From Solirubrobacteraceae bacterium (lineage in GTDB: Bacteria; Actinomycetota; Thermoleophilia; Solirubrobacterales; Solirubrobacteraceae), in contig DATFRW010000351.1 of assembly GCA_035262945.1 (NCBI GenBank), positions 1 through 56,914 on the forward strand: 56,914 nt of DNA. The letters run 5' to 3'. Position numbers and translations under genes: made by a program. The notes under the pieces are model-generated. The model was not told the origin of the DNA and searched no databases. It saw only the letters and a program-made list of their open reading frames with translations. Below are positions 8,528-17,177 of this stretch, piece after piece. Each line of letters begins with the position of its first letter. Within the stretch, counting starts at the first letter, position 1.

Positions 8528-10596
8528 GGCTCTCGCTCCTCGGCGGTCGGCGCCCGCCGCAGCCCGAGCTGTTCGAGGATCGCGTCGGTGTCGGCGCCGA
8601 TCATGGTGGGCCCGGTGTGGCGGATGACGCCTGGCGTGCGGCTCAGCCGTGCGACGATGCCAGGCATCGCGATCGTGCCGAGGTCCTCGTCGGGAGCCTC
8701 GACGATCGAACCGCGCGCGCGGTAGTGCGGGTCCTCGAGGATCTGCGCCGCGTCGTAGACCGGCGCAATCGGCGCCTGGACGGCGGCGAATGCCTCCAGG
8801 ACCTCGTCGAGCGGGCGCGCCGCGATCCACTCGGCCACGAGGCGGTCCACCTCGTCCGCGTTGGCGCGCCGCGCCGCGGCGTCTGCGAAGCGCGGGTCCT
8901 GCGCGAGCTCGGGGCGCCCGATCGCAGCGAAGATGCGGTTGGTGATCTGCTGGGTGCCGCCCGACAGAGCGACCCACCGCCCGTCGCCGGTCTCGTAGGC
9001 GTTGCGAGGCGCGGTCCGCGGCGAGCGGTTGCCCTGGCGCTTCTGCACGACGCCGGCGTGCTGGTACTCGGCCAGCTGCGGACCGAGGATGCTGAACAGC
9101 GGCTCGTACAGGCTGAGGTCGATCACCTGGCCCTCCCGGCCGTGGCGCGCGTCGCGCCAGTAGAGCGCGACCATCGTGGCGAACGTGCCCGCCAGCCCGG
9201 CGATCCCGTCCGCCAGGCCAAAGGGCGGCAGCGTTGGCGGCCCGTCGGGCCAACCGGTGATGTGGGCGAAGCCCGAGAAGGCCTCGGCCAGGGTGCCGAA
9301 CCCAGGCTGCGAGCTGCGCGGGCCGGTCTGCCCGAAGCCCGTCATGCGCACGAAGACCAGGCGGCGGTTGAGCGCCGCCAGATCCTCGGGGCCCAGGCCC
9401 CACGCCTCCATCCGCCCGGGACGGAAGTTCTCGATAAGGACGTCGGCCTGCGCGGCGAGACGGCGAGCGACCTCGCGATCGGCGTCCTTGTTGAGGTCGA
9501 GGGCGATGACGCGCTTGTTGCGCGAGATGACCTTCCACCACAGCGGCACGCCGTCCTTGGCCAGCCCCCAGCGGCGGGCGTCGTCGCCGCGGGGGTGCTC
9601 GACCTTGATCACCTCGGCGCCGAAGTCACCGAGGTTGGTGGCGATGAGCGGCGCGGCGTACAGACTCGAGAGGTCGAGCACGCGCACGCCGGCGAGCGGC
9701 ATGGCCGGGGCGCTGCCGTCGACCGGCTCGCCGGCACCGGCCAGCCGACGCCGGGCGTGCGCGGCGACCGGATAGTCGATGAAGCGGCCGTCGATGTGGA
9801 TGTTGGCCACGCCCTCGCGCTCGCTGCGGTCGAACGCGGTGACCACGGTCCGGGCGCGCGCCAACTCGGCCTCGCCCGGGACGAAGACCTCCTCGATGAC
9901 GGGCAGCTGGGCCGGGTGGATCGCGTGCTTACCCGCGAAGCCGAGGGCGCGCGCCTCCTCGGCCTCGATGCGCAGCGTCTCGAGGTCCTTGAAGTCGGGG
10001 AACACGCCGTCGTGGGGCGGCGCGAGCTCGGCCACGCGCGACCTGAGCACGAGCTGGGCCTTGGCGCCCACGATCGTCGCGCTGAGGCGCCGGCCCGGCG
10101 GCGGCCACTCGAGGCCGAGGTCCAGGGAGAAGTCGCCCGCCCCGAACCCCAGGCAGTGCACGCGATCGCTGGCCCGGCCGATCTCGACAGCGCGCTCCAG
10201 CGCGGCCGCCGACTCGATCGTCGCGATGACCTCCACCGGCCGCGCGAGGCCGCGCTCGCGCTCGAGCGCGGTGAGCACGCCCGCGAGCGTCTGGACGTGC
10301 TCGGCGGTCTGGGCCTTCGGGAGCACGATGCCCGTCAGCCCGGGGACGACCACATGCTGGAGGTCCTCGTGGAGCAGGCCGCTCTCGAAGGAGTTGATGC
10401 GGACATAGAGCGTGACCGCGGGGCCGTGGCACTGGATGGCCGCGGCCACGATGCGCCGCGCCGTGGGTTTGGCCGACACCGCCACGGCGTCCTCGAGATC
10501 GAGGATGTACGCCTTCGCGTGGAGGCGCGGGATGTTGTCGAGCTTGTCCTGCGCGCCACCCGGGACGTAAAGCATCGCCGTGAGGGCCGCCGTCAT
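8524..10596 (-). CDS. Fusion protein: CitE/HpcH-like acyl-CoA lyase (N-terminal, about 285 aa) + family III CoA-transferase CaiB/BaiF (C-terminal, about 390 aa)
   Basis: The N-terminal part has LYVPGG...ILDLEDAV...IESA..., a CitE beta-subunit pattern. After the linker GEPVDGSAPAMP comes LAGVRVLDLSSLYAAPLIATNLGDFGAEVIKVEHP, a CaiB N-terminus. The frame is continuous for 690 aa. ATGA overlap with iclR upstream. Confidence 0.85.
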   Translation of the reverse strand: MTAALTAMLYVPGGAQDKLDNIPRLHAKAYILDLEDAVAVSAKPTARRIVAAAIQCHGPAVTLYVRINSFESGLLHEDLQHVVVPGLTGIVLPKAQTAEHVQTLAGVLTALERERGLARPVEVIATIESAAALERAVEIGRASDRVHCLGFGAGDFSLDLGLEWPPPGRRLSATIVGAKAQLVLRSRVAELAPPHDGVFPDFKDLETLRIEAEEARALGFAGKHAIHPAQLPVIEEVFVPGEAELARARTVVTAFDRSEREGVANIHIDGRFIDYPVAAHARRRLAGAGEPVDGSAPAMPLAGVRVLDLSSLYAAPLIATNLGDFGAEVIKVEHPRGDDARRWGLAKDGVPLWWKVISRNKRVIALDLNKDADREVARRLAAQADVLIENFRPGRMEAWGLGPEDLAALNRRLVFVRMTGFGQTGPRSSQPGFGTLAEAFSGFAHITGWPDGPPTLPPFGLADGIAGLAGTFATMVALYWRDARHGREGQVIDLSLYEPLFSILGPQLAEYQHAGVVQKRQGNRSPRTAPRNAYETGDGRWVALSGGTQQITNRIFAAIGRPELAQDPRFADAAARRANADEVDRLVAEWIAARPLDEVLEAFAAVQAPIAPVYDAAQILEDPHYRARGSIVEAPDEDLGTIAMPGIVARLSRTPGVIRHTGPTMIGADTDAILEQLGLRRAPTAEEREP

Positions 10597-11324
10597 CCCG
10601 CCAACCCGCTCCCCAGCGCCGCCGAGAGGCGCTCGGCCACAGCGCGCACACGCGGCTCGGCACGCCCCATTGCATCAAGGTCCCAGCGATCGGCGGGCCC
10701 GGCGACAGAGATCGACGCCACGGGAGTGCCCGCGCGGAACAGGGGGACCGACAGCGCGCCGACGCCCGGTGTGCGATCGCCGATCACCGCCATGGCCCCT
10801 CGTGCGCGGATGCTCTCCAGCTCACGCAGGAGTGCGTCGCGGTTACGGCCCGCCGCGGGCGTGATGAGCGGCCGGATCTCGCTGTCGGGCAGGAACGCAA
10901 GCATGACCTTCCCTGATGGACCGACACAGAGGGGCAGGCTCTCGCCGAGCGAGAGGACGCGGCAGAGCTCGTGCCTGCTCTCGGCCCCGGCCACGCACAC
11001 GCGCCGGCGACCCACACGCAGGTGAAGGCTGGCGGTCTCTCCCGTCTCGTCGCGCAGGGACTGCAGGTGCGGGCCCGCCAGCGAGGGCAGGTCGGAGGTG
11101 CGCATGGCGGCCGCCGAAAGCGATAGGAGCCCTGGGCCGACGCCGTAGCCCTTGGTCGCGGGCTGGCGCTGGATGAGCGTCCGCTCCTCCAGGAAGCCGA
11201 GCAGGCGTGCCGTCGTGCTCTTGTCGATGCCGGTGGCGCCGGCCAGCTCCATGAGCTTGAGCGGTCGCGAGCTGCCGGCAATCAGCTCCAGCAGGTCGAG
11301 TGTTCGTGCCGCAGTCTGGCTCAT
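10593..11324 (-). CDS. IclR family transcriptional regulator
   Basis: 243 aa with an N-terminal wHTH (TLDLLELIAGSSRPLKLMELAGATGIDKSTTARLLGFLEE) and a C-terminal IclR effector domain. First gene of a 4-gene coupled operon. Confidence 0.9.
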   Translation of the reverse strand: MSQTAARTLDLLELIAGSSRPLKLMELAGATGIDKSTTARLLGFLEERTLIQRQPATKGYGVGPGLLSLSAAAMRTSDLPSLAGPHLQSLRDETGETASLHLRVGRRRVCVAGAESRHELCRVLSLGESLPLCVGPSGKVMLAFLPDSEIRPLITPAAGRNRDALLRELESIRARGAMAVIGDRTPGVGALSVPLFRAGTPVASISVAGPADRWDLDAMGRAEPRVRAVAERLSAALGSGLAG

Positions 11325-11351
11325 GCAATTCTCATTGTACGAGAACAGATA

Positions 11352-11588
11352 TCAACATGTGAAATGACCCTGGTCGAGCGCGAACGAGGTCTCCTCGATC
11401 GTGTTCGTCCCCTGGGTCACCACGACGCCGGCGTCGCCTTCGGCGATCCGGCGCCGGATCTCCTCGGCGAGCGCGGTGAGGTCCGCAAGCGTCAGTTCGG
11501 GCGTGGGCACCTGGCGGAAGGTGTCGGCGCGGATCCGAGCGACATCGGCCAAGCCCGGCACGTTCTCGACGCGCTGGTCGGCGGTCAG
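11352..11588 (-). pseudogene. L-asparaginase fragment (about 78 codons of the N-terminal domain)
   Basis: The translation ...VENVPGLADVARIRADTFRQVPTPELTLADLTALAEEIRRRIAEGDAGVVVTQGTNTIEETSFALD aligns to the asparaginase region ending in the GfVItHGTDTmEET motif. The GGTI N-terminus and everything after ALD are missing. It ends in an AT-rich junction. Confidence 0.5.
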
Positions 11589-12595
11589 CGTGGGCGCGAC
11601 GCCCGCGCCGGTCGGATGTTCGCGCCGGTGTCGGCGAGCCTCTGGAACGTGTCGAGTGATTGCTTCAGCCGGTCGACGTCGAGCCCCCGGGTGATGAAGA
11701 CGATGCCCCCGGCCGGATCGGCGATCGCCGCTCGCGTGATGTGCTCGGGCATGTGCATGACGTGCTGGACGCCGTTGACCGAGGCGAGGGTGCCGTCGTC
11801 GAGTTCGATCAGTCCCTTGACGCGGAGCACCTGCTCCCCACGCGCGTGTAACAACATGCTGAGCCAGATCGAGAAGGCCAGCCAGTCGAGAGGCGCGTCC
11901 GCCGGCACGGAGAGGACGCGAACGTCGTCGGTGTGGTGACCGCTGATCTCGGGCGTGTCTGGGTCCGCCGTCCGCGCGGCCGCCCCGGCGGCCGGTCGCA
12001 GCTCCTCGTCGCCCACGACGCCGTAGAGCGCAGAGCGAATGCGGGCAGTCGGGTTCAGCTTCGCCAGCTCGGAGACGAGGTGCTCGGCCGGCTGGTCGTC
12101 GCCAAGGAGATCGAGCTTGGTGAGCACCAGCTCGTCGGCGAGCAGAATCTGCTTGGCCACCTCGGGGTGGGCGTCGAGCTGGCCGGGTCCGTTGTAGCCG
12201 TCGACCGTGACGATCAGCCGCTCCACGTAGTAGTGGTGGCGGAGCATGGGGTGATGGGCGATCGTGAAAACGATCGGTGCCGGATCGGCAAGCCCACTGC
12301 ACTCGATCACCACGCGGCTCAAGCGCGCTGTTCCGCGGTCGTGAGCGTCCAGCAACTCGACCAGGGTCTCCTCGAGATCCTCGCGTCGCGTACAGCAGGC
12401 GCACCCGCCGCCGACGATCGCCACCCGCGCCTCACTCGACCGCAGGAGCTTGTGATCCACGCTGACGGCGCCGAACTCGTTGACGATCACCGCGGTATCG
12501 GGCGCGCCGGTGAGCATGTGCCGGAGCAACGACGTCTTGCCCGAGCCGAGGAAGCCGCCGAGGATCGTGACGGGGATGCGCCCGGATTCGGTCAC
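11585..12595 (-). CDS. COG0523/CobW-family G3E GTPase (metallochaperone)
   Basis: 336 aa with Walker A GGFLGSGKTS, metal motif GCACC (CxCC), IECSGLADP, and a CobW C-terminal domain. Confidence 0.88.
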   Translation of the reverse strand: MTESGRIPVTILGGFLGSGKTSLLRHMLTGAPDTAVIVNEFGAVSVDHKLLRSSEARVAIVGGGCACCTRREDLEETLVELLDAHDRGTARLSRVVIECSGLADPAPIVFTIAHHPMLRHHYYVERLIVTVDGYNGPGQLDAHPEVAKQILLADELVLTKLDLLGDDQPAEHLVSELAKLNPTARIRSALYGVVGDEELRPAAGAAARTADPDTPEISGHHTDDVRVLSVPADAPLDWLAFSIWLSMLLHARGEQVLRVKGLIELDDGTLASVNGVQHVMHMPEHITRAAIADPAGGIVFITRGLDVDRLKQSLDTFQRLADTGANIRPARASRPR

Positions 12596-12903
12596 CCGTG
12601 CGGACGCCGCGCCGCGAGCCGCACGAGCACCGCAGGATCGAGCGGGTCGAGGGGGCGGCCGGTGAGCGACTCGGCGGCAGCCCAGACCTCGCCGAGGTTG
12701 CCGGCAACCCGGACGCCGCCCTTACGGTTGGAGATCAGCGACGTGACGCCACTCGGATCATCGCCGTAGCCCAGCCCGTTGACGGCCATGATCTGCGCGA
12801 GCATCGCACGTCGCCGCGCCCGGACGCTCGCACGCGACTCGTTTCCGACGCGAGCGTCGGTCCAGTGCTCCTCGCCGGCGACCCCGTAGCAGAGGATGCA
12901 CAC
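12592..12903 (-). CDS. Small hypothetical protein with N-terminal CxxC (MCILCYG..EEHW)
   Basis: 103 aa with high third-position GC. 4-nt overlap with the COG0523 gene, and 7-nt gap after the CE4 gene. No domain recognised. Confidence 0.55.
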   Translation of the reverse strand: MCILCYGVAGEEHWTDARVGNESRASVRARRRAMLAQIMAVNGLGYGDDPSGVTSLISNRKGGVRVAGNLGEVWAAAESLTGRPLDPLDPAVLVRLAARRPHG

Positions 12904-12910
12904 GCGTTTG

Positions 12911-13792
12911 TCATCCTTGGAACGGCTGACGGCGCCTGAAGTCGTCGGCAGCCTGCTCCATCGTCATCCAGGTCACGCCCTCATGCTGGTTCATGTAGGC
13001 GATCAGGCGCTCCAGCATGAGGAGCACCTGCGGCCGGCCGCTCACGTCGGGATGGATCGTGAACGCGAACACCGCATAGTCCATGTTCGCGAACACCCAG
13101 TCGAACTGGTCGCGCCACATCTCCTCGATGTCGCGCGGATTGACGAAGCCGTGGCTGTTCGGCGACCCCTTGATGAACATCATCGGCGGCAGGTCGTCGA
13201 GGTACCAGTTGGCGCCGATTTCCACCAGGTCGATCTCGCGGCCGCGCACGAGCGGCTTCATCCACTCGCTGGCTTGCTTGGTGAAGTCGATCTTCGTCCA
13301 CTCGTCGCCCACGCGCGCGTAGAACGGGGTGAAGTCGTTGTAGCCCTGGCTGTGGTCGTACGTGAAGCCGTACTTCTGCAGCAGCTCGGCCGTGCCGCTC
13401 GACATCTCCCACCATGGAGCTACGTATCCGCGCGGCTTGCTACCGGAGACCCGCTCGATGAGGTCGACGCACTTCGCGAGCACGTCCTCCTCCTGCTTCG
13501 GGCTCATCGCCATGGGGTTCTCGTGCGAGTAACCGTGCGCGCCGATCTCGTGCCCGGCGTCGACGATCATCTTGATGGAGTCCGGGAAGGTCTCGATCGA
13601 GTGGCCGGGGATGAACCAGCTCGCGGGAATGTCGTACTTCTTAAAGAGGTTGAGCAGCCGCGGCGTGCCCACCTCACCGGAGAACATGCCTCGCTGAATG
13701 TCGGAGGGTGAATCCTCGCCGCCATAGGAACCCAGCCACCCACCGACGGCGTCGATGTCCACGCCGAAAACGGCATTGATCTCCTTCGCCAC
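12911..13792 (-). CDS. Polysaccharide deacetylase (CE4/NodB-homology) family metal-dependent hydrolase
   Basis: 293 aa. GVDIDAV (Asp-Asp motif region), [12 protein letters not shown] (His-His metal motif) and WYLDD are present. GTG start 7 nt after AAGGGAG. GC is visibly lower than in neighbouring genes. Confidence 0.8.
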   Translation of the reverse strand: MAKEINAVFGVDIDAVGGWLGSYGGEDSPSDIQRGMFSGEVGTPRLLNLFKKYDIPASWFIPGHSIETFPDSIKMIVDAGHEIGAHGYSHENPMAMSPKQEEDVLAKCVDLIERVSGSKPRGYVAPWWEMSSGTAELLQKYGFTYDHSQGYNDFTPFYARVGDEWTKIDFTKQASEWMKPLVRGREIDLVEIGANWYLDDLPPMMFIKGSPNSHGFVNPRDIEEMWRDQFDWVFANMDYAVFAFTIHPDVSGRPQVLLMLERLIAYMNQHEGVTWMTMEQAADDFRRRQPFQG

Positions 13793-13833
13793 AGAACGCT
13801 CCCTTTATTGCGGTCCTTCAGAGGTGCGACGCC

Positions 13834-14589
13834 CTATCCGGCCCCGTCAGCGCGGAGCGTGATCGCCGTGCGCTCGGGTTCGCTCGCGAAGAAATCGCGG
13901 CGAAACTCTGCGCTATCCCGCCACTGGCGCTTCGGGAGGAGCCGACGGACGAGCGCGAACTGCTGCTCGCTGCCTTCAAACGGGAACGGGGTCATCTGCA
14001 TGGCGGCCGTTCCGCCCGGCTCAAGGCGGTAGCCCAAGAACTCGCTGGCCGGCGGCGCGACGGTGTCGTTCATGCAGAACAGCAGCGACATGCGGTCATA
14101 GAGCTGCAGCAGCTCGTAGTCGTGCATGCGCTCGTCGGCGGTCACGCCGGTCTGGGCGTCGCGCGCCTCGAAGCTGCCCTCCTGCTCGGCGACGAAGGCC
14201 TCGATCTGCTCGCGTGCGTCCTCGGCAAAGGTCAGCTTGAGCTCCGGCTGGAGGCCGTACCGTCCGCGGTAGATGCCGGCGCCGTGCATCGAGACAAGCA
14301 GGCCCGCGTACGGATCCTGCTCGCCGATCGCCGCGATGCCGGCGCGATAGAAGGCGAGGTGAGCCAACACGCCGACGTCGAGGAAGTTGAGCGGCTTGCT
14401 CGCCTGCGAGTCGCACATCGGAGCCTGCTCCCAAACCGCCCAGCCATCGTCGTGACGCTCGGCGGCGGTGATCAACGAACGCGACCGGTCCGTTTGGTCG
14501 TTCCACCTGCGAGCGAAGTCGCCAGAGAGGTCCCCATGGTCGGTCTGCAGGACGACCTGCCAGTGGTCGCCAACATCGCACACGATCAT
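13834..14589 (-). CDS. Conserved hypothetical protein (possibly DUF3891-like)
   Basis: 251 aa from MIVCDVGDHWQVVLQTDHG. ATGA overlap with the GAF gene upstream. Coding-like codon usage. The family assignment is from memory only. Confidence 0.65.
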   Translation of the reverse strand: MIVCDVGDHWQVVLQTDHGDLSGDFARRWNDQTDRSRSLITAAERHDDGWAVWEQAPMCDSQASKPLNFLDVGVLAHLAFYRAGIAAIGEQDPYAGLLVSMHGAGIYRGRYGLQPELKLTFAEDAREQIEAFVAEQEGSFEARDAQTGVTADERMHDYELLQLYDRMSLLFCMNDTVAPPASEFLGYRLEPGGTAAMQMTPFPFEGSEQQFALVRRLLPKRQWRDSAEFRRDFFASEPERTAITLRADGAG

Positions 14590-15068
14590 CGAGTCCTCCG
14601 GTCCCTGATCAGTCCACCCTCGCCCAGCTCCCTGAGAACGTCCTGCGCGGCCTGCTCGATCGCCTGCACGTCGGCGTCCGTCCACGCGCGCGGACCGCCC
14701 GACTGGTGCACGGAGACGATGCCGGCCAGCCGCTCGCCCTCGAGGACGGGAGCCAGCATCTGCGCTTTGGCGCCGTAGGCCTGGATGAGCTCGGCTGGCG
14801 GCGCCGGATCTGCGCGCTCGAGTTCGTCCTGGACGAGGACGCGGCGCTCGCGGTCGAGCCACTGGAACGTCTTGGCCGCCCGCAGATCCCCCACCCCGCG
14901 GCCGCCCAACAGAGACGGGACCCCCGGCGCGACCGATTCGGCGACGATGGGGAAGACCGCGTCAGGCCGATCGAGGCGGATGGTCGTGCGACTGGCACCG
15001 GTCGTCGCCAACAGCCGGTCGGCGATCGCGATGAGCGAGCTCTCTGACATCGCTGGGCGCATCAGCAT
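14586..15068 (-). CDS. GAF domain protein
   Basis: About 160 aa. ...RTTIRLDRPD..FPIVAESVAPG...VLVQDEL...AQMLAPVLEGERLAGIVSVHQSGGPRAWTDADV is a GAF-like pattern. The start is ambiguous (15068, 15062 or 15050). Confidence 0.65.
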   Translation of the reverse strand: MLMRPAMSESSLIAIADRLLATTGASRTTIRLDRPDAVFPIVAESVAPGVPSLLGGRGVGDLRAAKTFQWLDRERRVLVQDELERADPAPPAELIQAYGAKAQMLAPVLEGERLAGIVSVHQSGGPRAWTDADVQAIEQAAQDVLRELGEGGLIRDRRTR

Positions 15069-15077
15069 ACCGTCGCA

Positions 15078-15083
15078 TACAAT
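15078..15083 (+). promoter_or_regulatory. Candidate -10 element TACAAT, 9 nt upstream of the hyuA-1 start
   Basis: gcaTACAATgccgcccgcGTG. No SD sequence fits between the -10 and the start, which suggests a leaderless or near-leaderless mRNA. Confidence 0.35.
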
Positions 15084-15092
15084 GCCGCCCGC

Positions 15093-17177
15093 GTGTTGTT
15101 CGTCGGCATCGACATCGGGGGCACATTCACCGACCTCGCGCTGTACGACTCCGAGCGCGAGGAGCTCCATGTTCACAAGGTCCGCTCCACGCCGGACGAC
15201 CCTGGGCGCGCGCTCGTGGAGGGCGTGTCGGAGCTCTGCGACCGCGCCGGCGTCGGCCTCGGCGACGTCGACGGGGTGCTGCACGGCACCACCGTCGCGA
15301 CCAACGCCGTGCTGGAGCATCGCGGCGCCCCGACGGGCCTGGTGACCACCGAGGGCATGCGCGACGTCGTGCACATCGGGCGCCATCAGCGCCCGCAGCC
15401 GTACTCGGTGATGCAGGACATCCCGTGGCAGTCGCAGCCCTTCGTCCTGCGCGAGCACCGGCTCGGCGTCGCGGAGCGCATCGCCCCACCCGCGGGCGAG
15501 ATCGTCGTCGAGCTCGACGAGGAGGCCGTGCGCGCGGCGGGCCGTACGCTGCGCGACGCCGGCGTCGAGGCAGTGGCGGTGTGCTTCCTGTTCTCCTACC
15601 TCAACCCCGAGCACGAGGAGCGCGCGGCGGCCATCCTCGCCGAGGAGATGCCCGGCGCGTTCATCTCCACCAGCGCCGGCATCTCGCCGCAGTTCCGCGA
15701 GTTCGAGCGCTTCACCACGGCCTGCATGAACGCCTTCGTGGGGCCGGGCATCGGCAACTACCTGCGAGGGCTCGGCGACGCGCTCGCCAAGCGCGGCGCG
15801 ACGTCGGACCTGCTCGTCATGCGCTCGAACGGCGGCGTCGCCAGCGTGCAGGAAGCGGCGCAGCGGCCCGTCACCCTCATGCTGTCCGGACCGGCGGCCG
15901 GCGTCCTCGGCGCGCAGTGGGCCGGCGGCCTGCTCGACCGTCGGCGGCTGATCAGCTTCGACATGGGCGGCACGAGCACGGACATCGGCCTCGTGACCGA
16001 GAGCGGCGTGCACGAGGCGTCGTCGCGCGACACGCAGATCGCCGGGTACCCGATCCTGGTCCCGATGTTCGACCTGCAGACGATCGGCGCCGGCGGCGGC
16101 TCGATCGCGCGGGTCGACGAGGCCGGGGCGTTCGTGGTCGGGCCGCGTAGCGCCGGCGCCGATCCAGGACCGGCCTGCTACGGCCTCGGGGGTACCGAGG
16201 CCACGATCACCGACGCCCACCTCGTCCTCGGCCGCATCGACCCCGAGCGCTTTCTCGGAGGCGAGATGCGGCTGAACGTCGACGCGGCCGCGGCGGCCAT
16301 CGACGCGCTCGGCGCCAAGCTCGGCATGGGGCGCCGGGAGACCGCCGAAGGGATCCTGACGCTGGCCAACGCCAGCATGGCCCGCACGATCCGCTCGATC
16401 ACGATCGAGCGCGGCCGCGACCCACGCGACTTCACGCTCGTGGCCTTCGGCGGCGCCGGCCCGCTGCATGCCGCGGACCTCGCGTCGCTGCTGGACGTCT
16501 CCCAGGTCCTGATCCCACCCCACCCCGGGATCACGTCGGCCGCCGGCCTGCTCACCTCCGACCTGCGCTACGACCTCATGCGCACGGTCTTCATGCGCGA
16601 GGGCGACATCGACGCGGAGGCGATCAACGCCCAGCTCGACGAGCTCGCCGCCGAGCTGCACAAGCGGCTCGTGCGCGACGGCGCCGATCCCGCCGACATC
16701 CAGACCGAGCGCCTACTGGAGTGCCGCTACATGGGCCAGGGTTACGAGCTGCGCATCCCCGTGGGCACCGAGGGGTTCGCCGAGCCCCAGCTGCAGCGCT
16801 TCCACGCCGTCCACGAGGCCGAGTACGGGCGCGCGCACCCCGACCCGATCGAGGTGGTCAACCTGCGCGTGACGGCGACGGGGCGCCGACCCCGCCTGAC
16901 GCGCGTCAAGCTGGGCTCTGGGACGCTGGACGACGCGACGCTCGGCGAGGCGCCGACCGCCTGGCGCGTCGACGGCGAGCTGGTCGAGCTGCCCACGCGC
17001 CATCTGCTGCGCGAGCAGCTGCCGATCGACGAGCCCGTGGCGTCGCCGGCGATCATCTTCCAGCGCGACACGACGATCGTCGTCCCACCCGGGTGGTCGG
17101 CGGTCGCGACGGCGGGCGGGCCGCTGCTCCTCAGCGCCCAGCCCCGATCCGACAACGGAGGCAGGAGGGTTCGATGA
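15093..17177 (+). CDS. hyuA: Hydantoinase/oxoprolinase family, A subunit (pair 1)
   Basis: 694 aa. The N-terminus is FVGIDIGGTFTDL, followed by HGTTVATNA, FDMGGTSTD and GAGGGS, the signature of the HyuA / 5-oxoprolinase / acetone carboxylase beta family. Confidence 0.92.
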   Translation: MLFVGIDIGGTFTDLALYDSEREELHVHKVRSTPDDPGRALVEGVSELCDRAGVGLGDVDGVLHGTTVATNAVLEHRGAPTGLVTTEGMRDVVHIGRHQRPQPYSVMQDIPWQSQPFVLREHRLGVAERIAPPAGEIVVELDEEAVRAAGRTLRDAGVEAVAVCFLFSYLNPEHEERAAAILAEEMPGAFISTSAGISPQFREFERFTTACMNAFVGPGIGNYLRGLGDALAKRGATSDLLVMRSNGGVASVQEAAQRPVTLMLSGPAAGVLGAQWAGGLLDRRRLISFDMGGTSTDIGLVTESGVHEASSRDTQIAGYPILVPMFDLQTIGAGGGSIARVDEAGAFVVGPRSAGADPGPACYGLGGTEATITDAHLVLGRIDPERFLGGEMRLNVDAAAAAIDALGAKLGMGRRETAEGILTLANASMARTIRSITIERGRDPRDFTLVAFGGAGPLHAADLASLLDVSQVLIPPHPGITSAAGLLTSDLRYDLMRTVFMREGDIDAEAINAQLDELAAELHKRLVRDGADPADIQTERLLECRYMGQGYELRIPVGTEGFAEPQLQRFHAVHEAEYGRAHPDPIEVVNLRVTATGRRPRLTRVKLGSGTLDDATLGEAPTAWRVDGELVELPTRHLLREQLPIDEPVASPAIIFQRDTTIVVPPGWSAVATAGGPLLLSAQPRSDNGGRRVR

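Noticed and set aside
8617-11025. An 802-aa plus-strand ORF, and similar very long ORFs (for example 26175-28892 minus, 19543-21624 minus, 20040-21908 plus, 6859-8313 minus, 17513-18922 minus).
   Set aside because: They lie antisense to, or out of frame with, genes that have clear domain signatures. Their translations are Arg/Ala/Gly/Pro-rich low-complexity strings with no motifs. They are the stop-free shadow frames typical of DNA at about 70 percent GC.
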